Positions 28,433 to 37,032 of a stretch of DNA of 64,000 bases are shown in pieces; within the stretch, counting starts at the first letter, position 1, and each line of letters starts with the position of its first letter. Made by a program: the position numbers and the translations under genes. Origin of the DNA: Candidatus Micrarchaeota archaeon (GTDB lineage: Archaea > Micrarchaeota > Micrarchaeia > Micrarchaeales > CABMGC01); contig JAKASU010000003.1 in the NCBI GenBank assembly GCA_021818925.1, positions 2,806 to 66,805 on the forward strand, given 5' to 3'. The notes beneath the pieces are model-generated. The model made no database searches. It was not told the DNA's origin and saw only the letters and a list, made by a program, of their open reading frames with translations.

Positions 28433-29089
28433 CTAATTTCGCAGCAGCATTCTCTCTGCGGTTCGAGATTCCTTTGCAGCCCATCTTTCTTCGTATGCTC
28501 TCGCGATGCAGTCGCGCAAGGTGTCACCAGAGCATTCTCGTGAATATCCTCCGCTGCTGACTATCTCGTCAAATTTTTCTTTAATTACAGGTGCTACCTC
28601 CTTCACCTTGCTGCCATGGTTTGGCACCTCCCATAGTTCGTCTGCGAATTCATGCAATTTCACACCCATCTGATGCTCAAGTTTCGATTGGCTGTTTGAG
28701 TTTATTATCACATGGTGGAAATACCTGTCCCACTTTCTATGGAAGCTGGTCCATCTCAGAACTTCTCTGCCGTTCTTCAAATCTGTTATGCTTCCAAAAT
28801 GGTGCGGGTCAAAAAGATACGGCCTCCCTTCAGACATAAACTGCGGCACAAAAAAATCCGGCCTGTGCCAATCAAATCCATCAACAGGAAAAGGGAAGAT
28901 GTGATAGTACACGTCAAGTTTCGGCTTGTATCTCCGTGCAACCTGCCAAAAAGCGGTTTCCAGCGAGCCGACAAGCATCTCGGGTCTGGTACGCCTGCTT
29001 TCTAAGTACTTACTCAACTCGGCCGCCGAGGTCAAATCAGCAGGAACTAACTTAGTATTAAGCAAGTCCTCCCCCAAACAAAACAGCAT
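28433..29089 (-). CDS. hypothetical 218-aa protein (orphan, lower G+C)
   Basis: No family recognised. HRPDFFVP resembles the xPDF strand of some PD-(D/E)xK nucleases, but no ExK follows. Confidence 0.45.
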   Translation of the reverse strand: MLFCLGEDLLNTKLVPADLTSAAELSKYLESRRTRPEMLVGSLETAFWQVARRYKPKLDVYYHIFPFPVDGFDWHRPDFFVPQFMSEGRPYLFDPHHFGSITDLKNGREVLRWTSFHRKWDRYFHHVIINSNSQSKLEHQMGVKLHEFADELWEVPNHGSKVKEVAPVIKEKFDEIVSSGGYSRECSGDTLRDCIARAYEERWAAKESRTAERMLLRN

Positions 29090-29154
29090 CTCAATATCTT
29101 TTTATATATGTTTTCACACCAAATATTTACCAGTACAACAAGCTAGTGTGATAA

Positions 29155-30219
29155 ATGACCAAAGAGAAATGGACCGCGGGAACCACGAATAAACTTTTGA
29201 TAGCGGCCATAGCCATCGGACTAATCGCTATCTTCATGTCCTCGTATGTTATATTCAACCCTCAGGTAAAGACAGTTATAATATACAGAAACGTAACCAC
29301 AAATTCCACACCCAACGTCCAGTCATACAACATAACCAGCAGCATGATCGAGCCTCCTATAAGTTTTAGCGATGCGCCAATAATCACCCAAAACGAGTCG
29401 TTTGGACACAGGCTGACAAACATAAATGCGCACCTCAACTCCAGTGAACTGGCCGTGATAAACGATGCTCCAGATTCATATTTTGAAAAGGCTGGAGAAA
29501 TGTTCCTCAACGGAACCTTGAACAATACTGTGGTCGCATCTGCAAAGAGCCTGCCGCTCTTCGTTGTGAACGGCAAACCCACCGTAATATACCTTGGCTC
29601 TATAACATGCATATTCTGCGGCGAGAACAGATGGGCCATGGCGCTGGCTCTCTCGAGGTTCGGAAGCTTCTCGTACCTTTTCAAGGGCTACAGCTCGTTT
29701 GGAGACGGCGATATACCTACGCTTTACTGGGCTCCTGCGCACTACAACGTGTCCTCAACGGTTCCAGGGGACTTCTACAACAGCAGCTACATCAACTTCA
29801 TAGCGATAGAAGACGCGAACCCCATATCAGGCGGCTTCGACCTTAACCCTCTTTTAACGATACAGCAAAGGGTAAACCAGACGGGCAACACCGCATACAT
29901 CGATGCGATAAAGTACATCATAAGCACTAACGACTTCTCCGGCACTCCGTTCACAGTATGGGGCTCCTATGAGTCCAACGGCGCAGACGCTGTGATATTC
30001 GGAAACGATACCAACAAGCAGGGAATAGCGCCGCTACAGAACATGACGCATGCCAAGGTGCTCAGCCAGTTCGCAAGTGCCACTGACCAGTTCGCATTGT
30101 CAGAGTATGCCGCGGCCGACCTCTACGTCGCGATGGTGTGCAAAACGCTCAACAACACTCCTAGCGTTTGCACCTCGATATCATCCATACCGGCTATTGA
30201 GGCGAAACTGGGTCTGTAG
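29155..30219 (+). CDS. DUF929-family membrane-anchored thioredoxin-fold protein (extracytoplasmic, CxxC)
   Basis: N-terminal TM. GSITCIFCGENRWAMALALSRFGSF matches the DUF929 CxxC...RW core from memory. Many N-x-S/T sequons. Confidence 0.6.
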   Translation: MTKEKWTAGTTNKLLIAAIAIGLIAIFMSSYVIFNPQVKTVIIYRNVTTNSTPNVQSYNITSSMIEPPISFSDAPIITQNESFGHRLTNINAHLNSSELAVINDAPDSYFEKAGEMFLNGTLNNTVVASAKSLPLFVVNGKPTVIYLGSITCIFCGENRWAMALALSRFGSFSYLFKGYSSFGDGDIPTLYWAPAHYNVSSTVPGDFYNSSYINFIAIEDANPISGGFDLNPLLTIQQRVNQTGNTAYIDAIKYIISTNDFSGTPFTVWGSYESNGADAVIFGNDTNKQGIAPLQNMTHAKVLSQFASATDQFALSEYAAADLYVAMVCKTLNNTPSVCTSISSIPAIEAKLGL

Positions 30220-30735
30220 ATGCCAAAAGCAAGGAAGAAACTAGGCAGAGCCAAGGTTTTCAAGCAGATTTTCACATCCCCGCTCTACATACTCCTGACA
30301 ATAGTTGCCCTCATCGCCTACTACTGGCTCTTCAAATTCCTTATAGTGAGCAGCAATGACGGTTTCTTTTTCATCACAGTGCCGATTTACCTGATCTATG
30401 CGCTCATCATAAGCGCGTCGTTGCTGCTTTCAACAAGCATCTACGCAGTTAGCAAGTCCATAAAAGCGAAGTATGCTGCTGCGGAAGGGGGAGCGCTCAG
30501 CATACTCACGTCTTCGGTAGGCGGGCTGATAGTGGGCTGCAGCTGTTACGCTCCGATCCTCTCTTCCATGCTTTATGCTATCGGCTTCGGAACAATCCAG
30601 GTAAGCAGCGCCATCTCCTTCCTTGGCGTCTACCAGGCCTGGTTTGTAGTAGTGATTGTCGCCGCAAATCTAATCTTTATATACTATCAGCTCGGAAGGA
30701 TAACACGCATAGGCGACGCGCATACGAGAAGGTAA
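30220..30735 (+). CDS. hypothetical polytopic membrane protein with intramembrane GCSCYAP motif
   Basis: The ATG abuts the DUF929 stop (TAGATG). About 4 hydrophobic helices. The Cys-x-Cys lies inside the third. Confidence 0.55.
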   Translation: MPKARKKLGRAKVFKQIFTSPLYILLTIVALIAYYWLFKFLIVSSNDGFFFITVPIYLIYALIISASLLLSTSIYAVSKSIKAKYAAAEGGALSILTSSVGGLIVGCSCYAPILSSMLYAIGFGTIQVSSAISFLGVYQAWFVVVIVAANLIFIYYQLGRITRIGDAHTRR

Positions 30736-30742
30736 CGCACAG

Positions 30743-31747
30743 TTGTTTGGAATGCAAGCGCACAGATCTAAAATGGTCGGTCACAGGAAGAGGGTTTCAC
30801 CCAAAAGGAAATCAGTCGTCACCAATCAGAAAGAGGTAATAACTGCGGAAATCCCCGCGAACCAGGAAGAACTCTTCATAAGGAGGATACTGCAGCAGCC
30901 ACGCAAAAGCCACATCCGCGGGCTCGAGATTCAGGATGTGCTGTACAACTCCGCTCCTGAACTCCGCGAGCTGGCATTCAAGTCAGGGTACAACGTAGGC
31001 TCGGAGGCGTACAGGATATCAAAAAACTGCGGCATCGCACCACTGGAACACATGCTGGAAAATGCAGGATTCGGGAAGGTTATATACCACTCATTTGAAT
31101 CGATGAGCACGTTCACAGCCTATGCCCCAAGGCCAAACGCCCACAATATGGGCATGAACATACATGTTTTCGAGACCGGACTCATCTCTGGATATCTCTC
31201 GGCGCATCTCGGAAGGAACATCGCGGCTGCGGAGACGTCGTGCGTTTTCAACGGTGCCAGCCATTGCATGTTTGTGGCAAAAGCGCACGCCTTCGCGGAC
31301 CCAGACGCATACAGGTACCTCACTCTCGAAGAGATACTATCAGCCCTCAGTTACTCGCTCTCAAGGGCTCAGAAGCACCAGGGCGACACATACTACTATG
31401 CAGTCTCCCTGCAGCCGCTGCTCAACGAGCCCGTACATTCAGAGGCTACAAAGTTCCTCTACATGCTCGGCAAGCTCCTTGCGCTTCAAAAGATTCAGGA
31501 CCAGAAGCGCTCGATACTCAACATATCTGATTTCCTCAAGATAGAAAACGCAAAGGTATCCTCTTCCAAGAAGGGACTGCGCGTAAGCCTCGCCTACAGC
31601 CACGCATCCTCATCGGGCAGGATCGTGGACCTCACCACATCGTTCCTATCAGGATTCATAAAGGGAACGTATGGCAGGAACGTGCAGGTGACAAGGAGCC
31701 TTAGCAGCAGAGGAGTTTATAATGTTAGGCTCGAACTAATGGTTTGA
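30743..31747 (+). CDS. V4R (4-vinyl reductase) domain protein
   Basis: ETSCVFNGASHCMFVA and ETGLISGYLSAHLG are typical of V4R ligand-binding domains. TTG start 8 nt after the upstream stop. Confidence 0.55.
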   Translation: MFGMQAHRSKMVGHRKRVSPKRKSVVTNQKEVITAEIPANQEELFIRRILQQPRKSHIRGLEIQDVLYNSAPELRELAFKSGYNVGSEAYRISKNCGIAPLEHMLENAGFGKVIYHSFESMSTFTAYAPRPNAHNMGMNIHVFETGLISGYLSAHLGRNIAAAETSCVFNGASHCMFVAKAHAFADPDAYRYLTLEEILSALSYSLSRAQKHQGDTYYYAVSLQPLLNEPVHSEATKFLYMLGKLLALQKIQDQKRSILNISDFLKIENAKVSSSKKGLRVSLAYSHASSSGRIVDLTTSFLSGFIKGTYGRNVQVTRSLSSRGVYNVRLELMV

Positions 31748-31754
31748 ACAAAAA

Positions 31755-33233
31755 GTGTCCCAGATGAACCTGAATTTCCTAGACTCGATACTAAAGTACG
31801 TGCCAGGCATCAGCAAGCCAGCGACACCGCTGAGCTTCAGGGAGAAACTGAAGTGGACCGCGATAATAATGGGGATATACTTCCTCATGTTCAGCACTCC
31901 GGCGTTCGGGGTGAGCACTGCGACGATAAACCAGCCGCTCATACAGCTGATCAGCGTCATCTTCGCCTCCAGGATAGGCAGCCTGATAACGGTTGGCATA
32001 GGTCCGATAGTTCTGGCGAGCATAGTGCTACAGTTGGTGATAGGCGCGGGCCTGTTCAACATAGACCTCAACGACCCGGAGCAGAAAGGTAGGTTCCAGG
32101 CCATACAGAAGCTTGCGGCCATGTCCATAGCCGTGGTCGAGGCCTACATCTTCGTTGCGACGGGCTACGTGCCTGTGGTTGGCGCATCTTACGTTGGAGT
32201 GGTTGTGCTGCAGCTCGCGATAAGCGCGATATTCATAGTCTTCCTTGACGAGGCGATGACAAAATGGGGCATAACCTCAGGCATAAACCTCTTCATAGCC
32301 GGAGGAGTGGCCTACTCGATAATAGCGGGCACGAGCAGCATTCTGCTCGGCGAGGCGATACAGGCGATAACGAGCGGAGGCGCTACAGCTATTCCAAACG
32401 CGATACTGGCGTTCGGACCTCTCTTCTTCGCAATAGTCGTCTTCCTCGTGAGCATATACGCATATGACATGAAAGTGGAGATACCGCTCGTTTTCACACA
32501 GATAAGGGGCGTGGGCGGCAGGCTGCCTATACCGTTCCTCTACGTCAGCGTGCTTCCTGTCATACTCGCCACATCGTTCGAGCTGAGCATGACCGTCTGG
32601 TTCAGATTTCTGGCCGGGGTTACTGGAACATTTGCGAATCTCGTCAAGTTCATAGCCCTGTACCAGGTCACTCCTACAGCCACCGGCGCGTCGCAGCTCA
32701 ACCTTGTCGGAGGGCTCGTATACCTGATATCGCCCAACTTCCCGCTCCCGTATTCGACAGCCTACGGCGGGATAGGTGGCTACAGCGCCTACTTTTCATA
32801 CCTTGCCACGGGAACAAGCCAGCTCTATCTCCCATGGGGAGGGATAGTTGCCGTGCCCGAGTTCTTGCACATAATCATCTACACTTTGGTCCTGATAGTG
32901 CTGGCCGTGGTCTTCGGCAGGTTCTGGATAGAGATGACCGGCCAGAGCCCCAAGCACGTCGCGGAGCAGCTCCAGGACGTCGGCTGGCAGGTCCCCGGAT
33001 TCAGGAGGGATCCACGCATAGTGGAGAGCATACTCAACAAGTACATACCAACCATAACCATACTTGGAAGCGTGTTCGTCGCGCTTCTCGCGTCGCTCGC
33101 GACACTGACCGGTGCGGTGGGCACCGGAATGGGCATACTCCTTACTGTGGGAATAATGTACATGGTCTACCAGCAGCTCGAGCAGGAACACGCCCTCGAA
33201 CAATACCCAGAGCTCAACAAGCTGCTCTCCTGA
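31755..33233 (+). CDS. secY: protein translocase subunit SecY
   Basis: 10-TM protein. FREKLKWTAIIMGIYFLM, GISPIV-like GIGPIV and the C-terminal block PGFRRDPRIVESILNKYIP. Confidence 0.95.
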   Translation: MSQMNLNFLDSILKYVPGISKPATPLSFREKLKWTAIIMGIYFLMFSTPAFGVSTATINQPLIQLISVIFASRIGSLITVGIGPIVLASIVLQLVIGAGLFNIDLNDPEQKGRFQAIQKLAAMSIAVVEAYIFVATGYVPVVGASYVGVVVLQLAISAIFIVFLDEAMTKWGITSGINLFIAGGVAYSIIAGTSSILLGEAIQAITSGGATAIPNAILAFGPLFFAIVVFLVSIYAYDMKVEIPLVFTQIRGVGGRLPIPFLYVSVLPVILATSFELSMTVWFRFLAGVTGTFANLVKFIALYQVTPTATGASQLNLVGGLVYLISPNFPLPYSTAYGGIGGYSAYFSYLATGTSQLYLPWGGIVAVPEFLHIIIYTLVLIVLAVVFGRFWIEMTGQSPKHVAEQLQDVGWQVPGFRRDPRIVESILNKYIPTITILGSVFVALLASLATLTGAVGTGMGILLTVGIMYMVYQQLEQEHALEQYPELNKLLS

Positions 33234-33380
33234 CCTTGTCTTCCGCTTTTCCGCCGCGCGGGTCAAAAGTTATAAAGCTATTTTCTGCAAGGAAGATTCC
33301 CAGAAGGCGATCAGGTACCTGTCATTAGGAGGCTGGCAAGTCACGCATCACGCTCGACCATAGCAGAATTCGTAGATAGT

Positions 33381-33554
33381 ATGAGGGTAGGCTGGTCTAA
33401 CTATAGCTTCCTGTTCTATATCGGAGGTGTGTCTGCTGTTCTCGGAGGAATGTTCGGCCTCGCGGGCTGGGTCTCGGCACCAGCAACGCTGATATTCTTC
33501 TATTACGCTGGCCAGTTCAGGCAACATGTACTCCGCGAGAGCAAGAAGTTCTAG
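33381..33554 (+). CDS. possible 57-aa two-TM membrane peptide
   Basis: Hand-translated: MRVGWSNYSFLFYIGGVSAVLGGMFGLAGWVSAPATLIFFYYAGQFRQHVLRESKKF. Convergent 4-nt overlap with the htpX stop. Below the ORF-track cutoff. Confidence 0.3.
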   Translation: MRVGWSNYSFLFYIGGVSAVLGGMFGLAGWVSAPATLIFFYYAGQFRQHVLRESKKF

Positions 33555-34447
33555 TACATCGCCTGTAGCCTTCTTATCCTCTCCTCTATCGGCGGGTGCG
33601 TAGAGAAGAGGTTCATCATGCTGCTCGCCTTGAACGGGTTAGCGAAATAGAGCGAAGCTGTTACTTCGTTCGCGTGCACAACCGGTGTGGAGCGCGGATT
33701 CTTTTCATATGACTGTATCTTCTTGAGCGCGCTCGCGAGCTCGGCGGGGTTCCTTGTAACCCTCGCCCCGTTCGCGTCAGCCATGTACTCCCTCCTTCTC
33801 GATATTGCCAGCCGTGTGAGCAGAGCGAAGAGAGGCGCTAGCAGTCCGATGGCCAGAGCTATGAGCATAAGCAATCCCGAGTTGCCCCTTCCTCTTCCCT
33901 CAAATCCGCCGAAGAAGAATGAGAGCCTGAGGTAAGCTGCGATGAGTCCTATGGCTCCAGCGAAAGCTATTGCTATTGTCATGACGAGTATGTCGTTGTC
34001 AGAGATGTGGGAGAGTTCGTGCGAGATCACGCCCTCGAGCTCGTCCCTGCTCATCGTCTGAAGCAGGCCGGTCGTGAATGCAATCGAGGGCTTGCTCCTC
34101 CTGCCTGTCGCAAATGCGTTTGGGTTCGGGTCATTTATTATGTAGATTTTCGGCATCTTGATCTGCATCGCAGACGAAAGCCCCTCTACCGATGCGTATA
34201 GGTTCTGGTACTGTTTCTCGTCGGCCACCTTCGCCTTGGAGATTGCAAGCACCACCCTGTCGCCGCTGTAGTACGTGAACGCGGCGTACAGAACCACCAC
34301 CATGGCTCCGAGCGCGAAAGCAAAGAGGCCGCCTCCGAACAAGTATACCACGAAATAGATTACGCCCATGAAGAAGATCGTAAATATGGCGAGAAGAAGG
34401 AATGACTTGAGGTTGTTGCGTGCTATCTCGTCAAAGAAACTGGCCAT
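33551..34447 (-). CDS. htpX: HtpX-like M48 zinc metalloprotease
   Basis: HELSHI zinc motif with downstream EYMAD. 4 TM segments. Confidence 0.9.
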   Translation of the reverse strand: MASFFDEIARNNLKSFLLLAIFTIFFMGVIYFVVYLFGGGLFAFALGAMVVVLYAAFTYYSGDRVVLAISKAKVADEKQYQNLYASVEGLSSAMQIKMPKIYIINDPNPNAFATGRRSKPSIAFTTGLLQTMSRDELEGVISHELSHISDNDILVMTIAIAFAGAIGLIAAYLRLSFFFGGFEGRGRGNSGLLMLIALAIGLLAPLFALLTRLAISRRREYMADANGARVTRNPAELASALKKIQSYEKNPRSTPVVHANEVTASLYFANPFKASSMMNLFSTHPPIEERIRRLQAMY

Positions 34448-34460
34448 ATGACCACCCAGA

Positions 34461-35066
34461 CTACTTCTTCTGCGCCTTGGACCCTTTCGCAGGAGCCTGC
34501 GTACCGTCGTCGCTCGTAAGATTAACCTTTATCGCAGCCTTCTCCTCATCCGGCGCCTGGAAGAAGTCCTGGCGCTTGAAGCCCATAGGCCCAGCGAGAA
34601 TGTTGCCCGGAAACTGCTGTATCGCGTTGTTGTAATCGAGAACATAGTCGTTGTACGATGTGCGCACAAAAGAGATCTTGTTCTCTGTATTCTCAAGCTC
34701 GTCCTGCAGGTTCTGGTACGTCTGCGACGCCTTCAGGTCCGGATAGTTCTCTGCGACAGCGAATAGGCTCTTGAGAGCCTGGCTGAGCATGTTGTTGGCC
34801 TGCGCCTTGTCCTGGACGCTTCCCGACACTATGGAACTTCTCAGCTGGGTTACCTGCGTAAGCACCCCTTTCTCGTACTTCATATAGCCCTTTACCGTTT
34901 CCACAAGGTTGGGAATAAGGTCATACCTTCGCTTGAGCTGAACGTCTATCTGCGCCCAAGCATCCTGCACTCTGTTGCGCTTGGAAATGAGCCCGTTGAA
35001 GATCAGGACGATTATGGCGGCTATGATGATTATTGCCGCGGCCGCTACGGTGATTATGTCAACCAC
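34461..35066 (-). CDS. lemA: LemA family protein
   Basis: N-terminal TM, RRYDLIPNLVETVKGY and ENYPDLKAS motifs. The usual LemA-protease pairing. Confidence 0.88.
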   Translation of the reverse strand: MVDIITVAAAAIIIIAAIIVLIFNGLISKRNRVQDAWAQIDVQLKRRYDLIPNLVETVKGYMKYEKGVLTQVTQLRSSIVSGSVQDKAQANNMLSQALKSLFAVAENYPDLKASQTYQNLQDELENTENKISFVRTSYNDYVLDYNNAIQQFPGNILAGPMGFKRQDFFQAPDEEKAAIKVNLTSDDGTQAPAKGSKAQKK

Positions 35067-35131
35067 AGAATCGCTATGGAATAGGTTCTATAGGTATAAA
35101 AACACTCCACAATCGCACGGAACCAAGCGGC

Positions 35132-35506
35132 TTAATTGTCGCGGCTGACATACGCCGACCCTCCGTTCTCTGAAATGCTTATCGTGGCATACGTGCCATC
35201 CGGGCACAACGCACCGGGACCAAACGAAGCCGCCTTCTCAAGATAGTACACGCCGTAAGCTGTGAAGATCTCGTTTCCCTGAAGCGTTGAAGAGCACAGA
35301 CCCCCGGGTACGAAGAGATTTCCTGAGAAAGAGGATCCGCTAAGCATCGCAGAGTTAAGGGCGTTTACGAACTGCGATATCTCGAACGACGATACGCTTG
35401 ACCTTAGCCCCGCATACGCACCGGACACGGCTCCAACCGCGAAAAGGAAAGAGAGCCCAGCTAGAGACAGGTAGAGCATGAGCTCTAGCGAGAGCTGGGC
35501 CCTCAA
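35132..35506 (-). CDS. type IV pilin-like protein (class III signal peptide), second of a tandem pair
   Basis: TTG at 35506 gives MRA|QLSLELMLYLSLAGLSFLFAV (Q+1, E+5, hydrophobic helix). It starts 2 nt after the upstream pilin stop. An ATG at 35479 would lack the processing site. Confidence 0.5.
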   Translation of the reverse strand: MRAQLSLELMLYLSLAGLSFLFAVGAVSGAYAGLRSSVSSFEISQFVNALNSAMLSGSSFSGNLFVPGGLCSSTLQGNEIFTAYGVYYLEKAASFGPGALCPDGTYATISISENGGSAYVSRDN

Positions 35507-35508
35507 TG

Positions 35509-35775
35509 CTACACGCCGTTGCTCGTCAGAGACCCGAGCTCGTTGCCTATGGCCGTCGCAATTCCTACGCTCGACCCGTTCACGGTAACGTTGCTCACCA
35601 CCGCGCCCCTCAGCTTCACGACCATGGCCAGCGCAAGCACTATGACTATGCTTGCCGCAGCCACCATCATGATGTACTCGAGGGAGCTCTGCGCCTTCTT
35701 GCTCCTGGCGAGCGCTAAGAAAGCAATTGCGCCCGCAGGCAGGAGCCTGTCCGCCATTCTTTGTGTGTTTTTCAT
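35509..35775 (-). CDS. type IV pilin-like protein (class III signal peptide)
   Basis: ...RSKKA|QSSLEYIMMVAAASIVIVLALAMVV has the archaeal prepilin motif (K/R-A/G|Q, E+5). Confidence 0.7.
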   Translation of the reverse strand: MKNTQRMADRLLPAGAIAFLALARSKKAQSSLEYIMMVAAASIVIVLALAMVVKLRGAVVSNVTVNGSSVGIATAIGNELGSLTSNGV

Positions 35776-35783
35776 CTTTCCAC

Positions 35784-36410
35784 CTACAGTATGCCTGAGA
35801 GAAATGACTGCGTGGCGAGAGCCACCGCAGAGGCAAGCGTAAAGTACGGCAGCACGGATTTTGCCGCATCGGCAACGCTGCTGTTAGGATGTGCAAACGC
35901 ATGCGATATAGAGAGGATGACAAGGACGTAGGTAAGTGAAGTAAAAAGGAAGGCGCGTCCCATCGACGCGGCCGCGCTGCCCGTCAGGCCCAACGAGCTC
36001 GTGAGTATTATAGTGCTTATGCCCGAGAAAAGAGGGAAGAAGAAGCACATGCCCATGTACGTCAGCGTCATAGAGCTGCCCGCCTTTGCCGCAAACCTGT
36101 TCCTGGCCTTGATCTCGCTTCTCAGCCTTTCAGCAAAAAGCTCAAGCGCCCTGCTCATATCGGACCTCGTTCCGGTACCGATCTCAACCAGCCCGATAAG
36201 GTCGGACAGCCTGCCGCCGATATGCTCATCACATGCGCCCGCAGAGCCCGAAAGCTTCATCCGGCGCGATATCCTCGCAAGCTTCTCGTCGGCAACCGCT
36301 GCCCGCTCAAACGCCTTTGTCACCGAGCCGGTGCGCCGGTACTCAGAAAGCGTGGACTCAGCCAGCAACAGCGCCCTCTCGCTCTCGCGCTTCCCACGAA
36401 ACTCAAGCAA
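35784..36410 (-). CDS. type II secretion system F-domain membrane protein (TadC/FlaJ-half-like)
   Basis: Cytoplasmic helical domain plus 3 TM. 8-nt overlap with the upstream paralogue. Sits in the pilus operon. Confidence 0.6.
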   Translation of the reverse strand: MLEFRGKRESERALLLAESTLSEYRRTGSVTKAFERAAVADEKLARISRRMKLSGSAGACDEHIGGRLSDLIGLVEIGTGTRSDMSRALELFAERLRSEIKARNRFAAKAGSSMTLTYMGMCFFFPLFSGISTIILTSSLGLTGSAAASMGRAFLFTSLTYVLVILSISHAFAHPNSSVADAAKSVLPYFTLASAVALATQSFLSGIL

Positions 36411-37032
36411 ACAAACGCCTCCACATAAACAGATTGCCTATCGAATAGAACGACGGGACCGCAAACACCAGGAGCGCAGAGAAAAGCAGCATGCTGAACG
36501 GACTGCGCGAGAGTATGCTGCTGCCTATGAATGCGAACACCATGAATGACGGCAGCACGGTTGATACGAACATGCTGAATGTCGCATATCTCTGAACCGA
36601 ATCTCCAGCCTCCGTGTCGCGCGCCTCCGCATTATCCTGCGGATGCGAAGACACGCCAGCAAAATCCCGATCTTCACCGCCTCCCAGCGCATGCTTCTTC
36701 AATGAAGTCCTGACATCATGCCTCAGCTTCGCGTAGGCTATCTCACCAGCCGATTCCTCAAGCGCTTTCATGCGCGGCATCCCAAGCGCGATGCGATAGA
36801 GCGCCCTTCCAAAGAAGTCTGCCTTGTTTTCTCCTTCAAGTTTTGCCGTATACGCGTTTCGGTTGATCTCCACAAGCTTCCCCACCAGGAGTACCATCGC
36901 ATTCGCCGCCGCCAGCAACGCAGCCATGGCTAACGCACCCTGACCGTTGTCCGCAATGTATATCGCCAGCGCAAGCCCCGAGGCCAGAGACTCGAAGATT
37001 ACGGCACGAACCCAGAGCCCGCTCACACGCAT
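36403..37032 (-). CDS. type II secretion system F-domain membrane protein (TadB/FlaJ-half-like)
   Basis: Same architecture as the downstream paralogue. 10-nt overlap with the ATPase gene. Confidence 0.55.
   Translation of the reverse strand: MRVSGLWVRAVIFESLASGLALAIYIADNGQGALAMAALLAAANAMVLLVGKLVEINRNAYTAKLEGENKADFFGRALYRIALGMPRMKALEESAGEIAYAKLRHDVRTSLKKHALGGGEDRDFAGVSSHPQDNAEARDTEAGDSVQRYATFSMFVSTVLPSFMVFAFIGSSILSRSPFSMLLFSALLVFAVPSFYSIGNLFMWRRLFA

Noticed and set aside
35132-35923. A 263-aa ORF in the track spanning the pilin region.
   Set aside because: Its N-terminal two thirds overlap the clear pilin gene (35509-35775) out of frame and read as Arg/Gly/Cys-rich nonsense. Only its last 124 codons, from the TTG at 35506, look like a real pilin-like protein.
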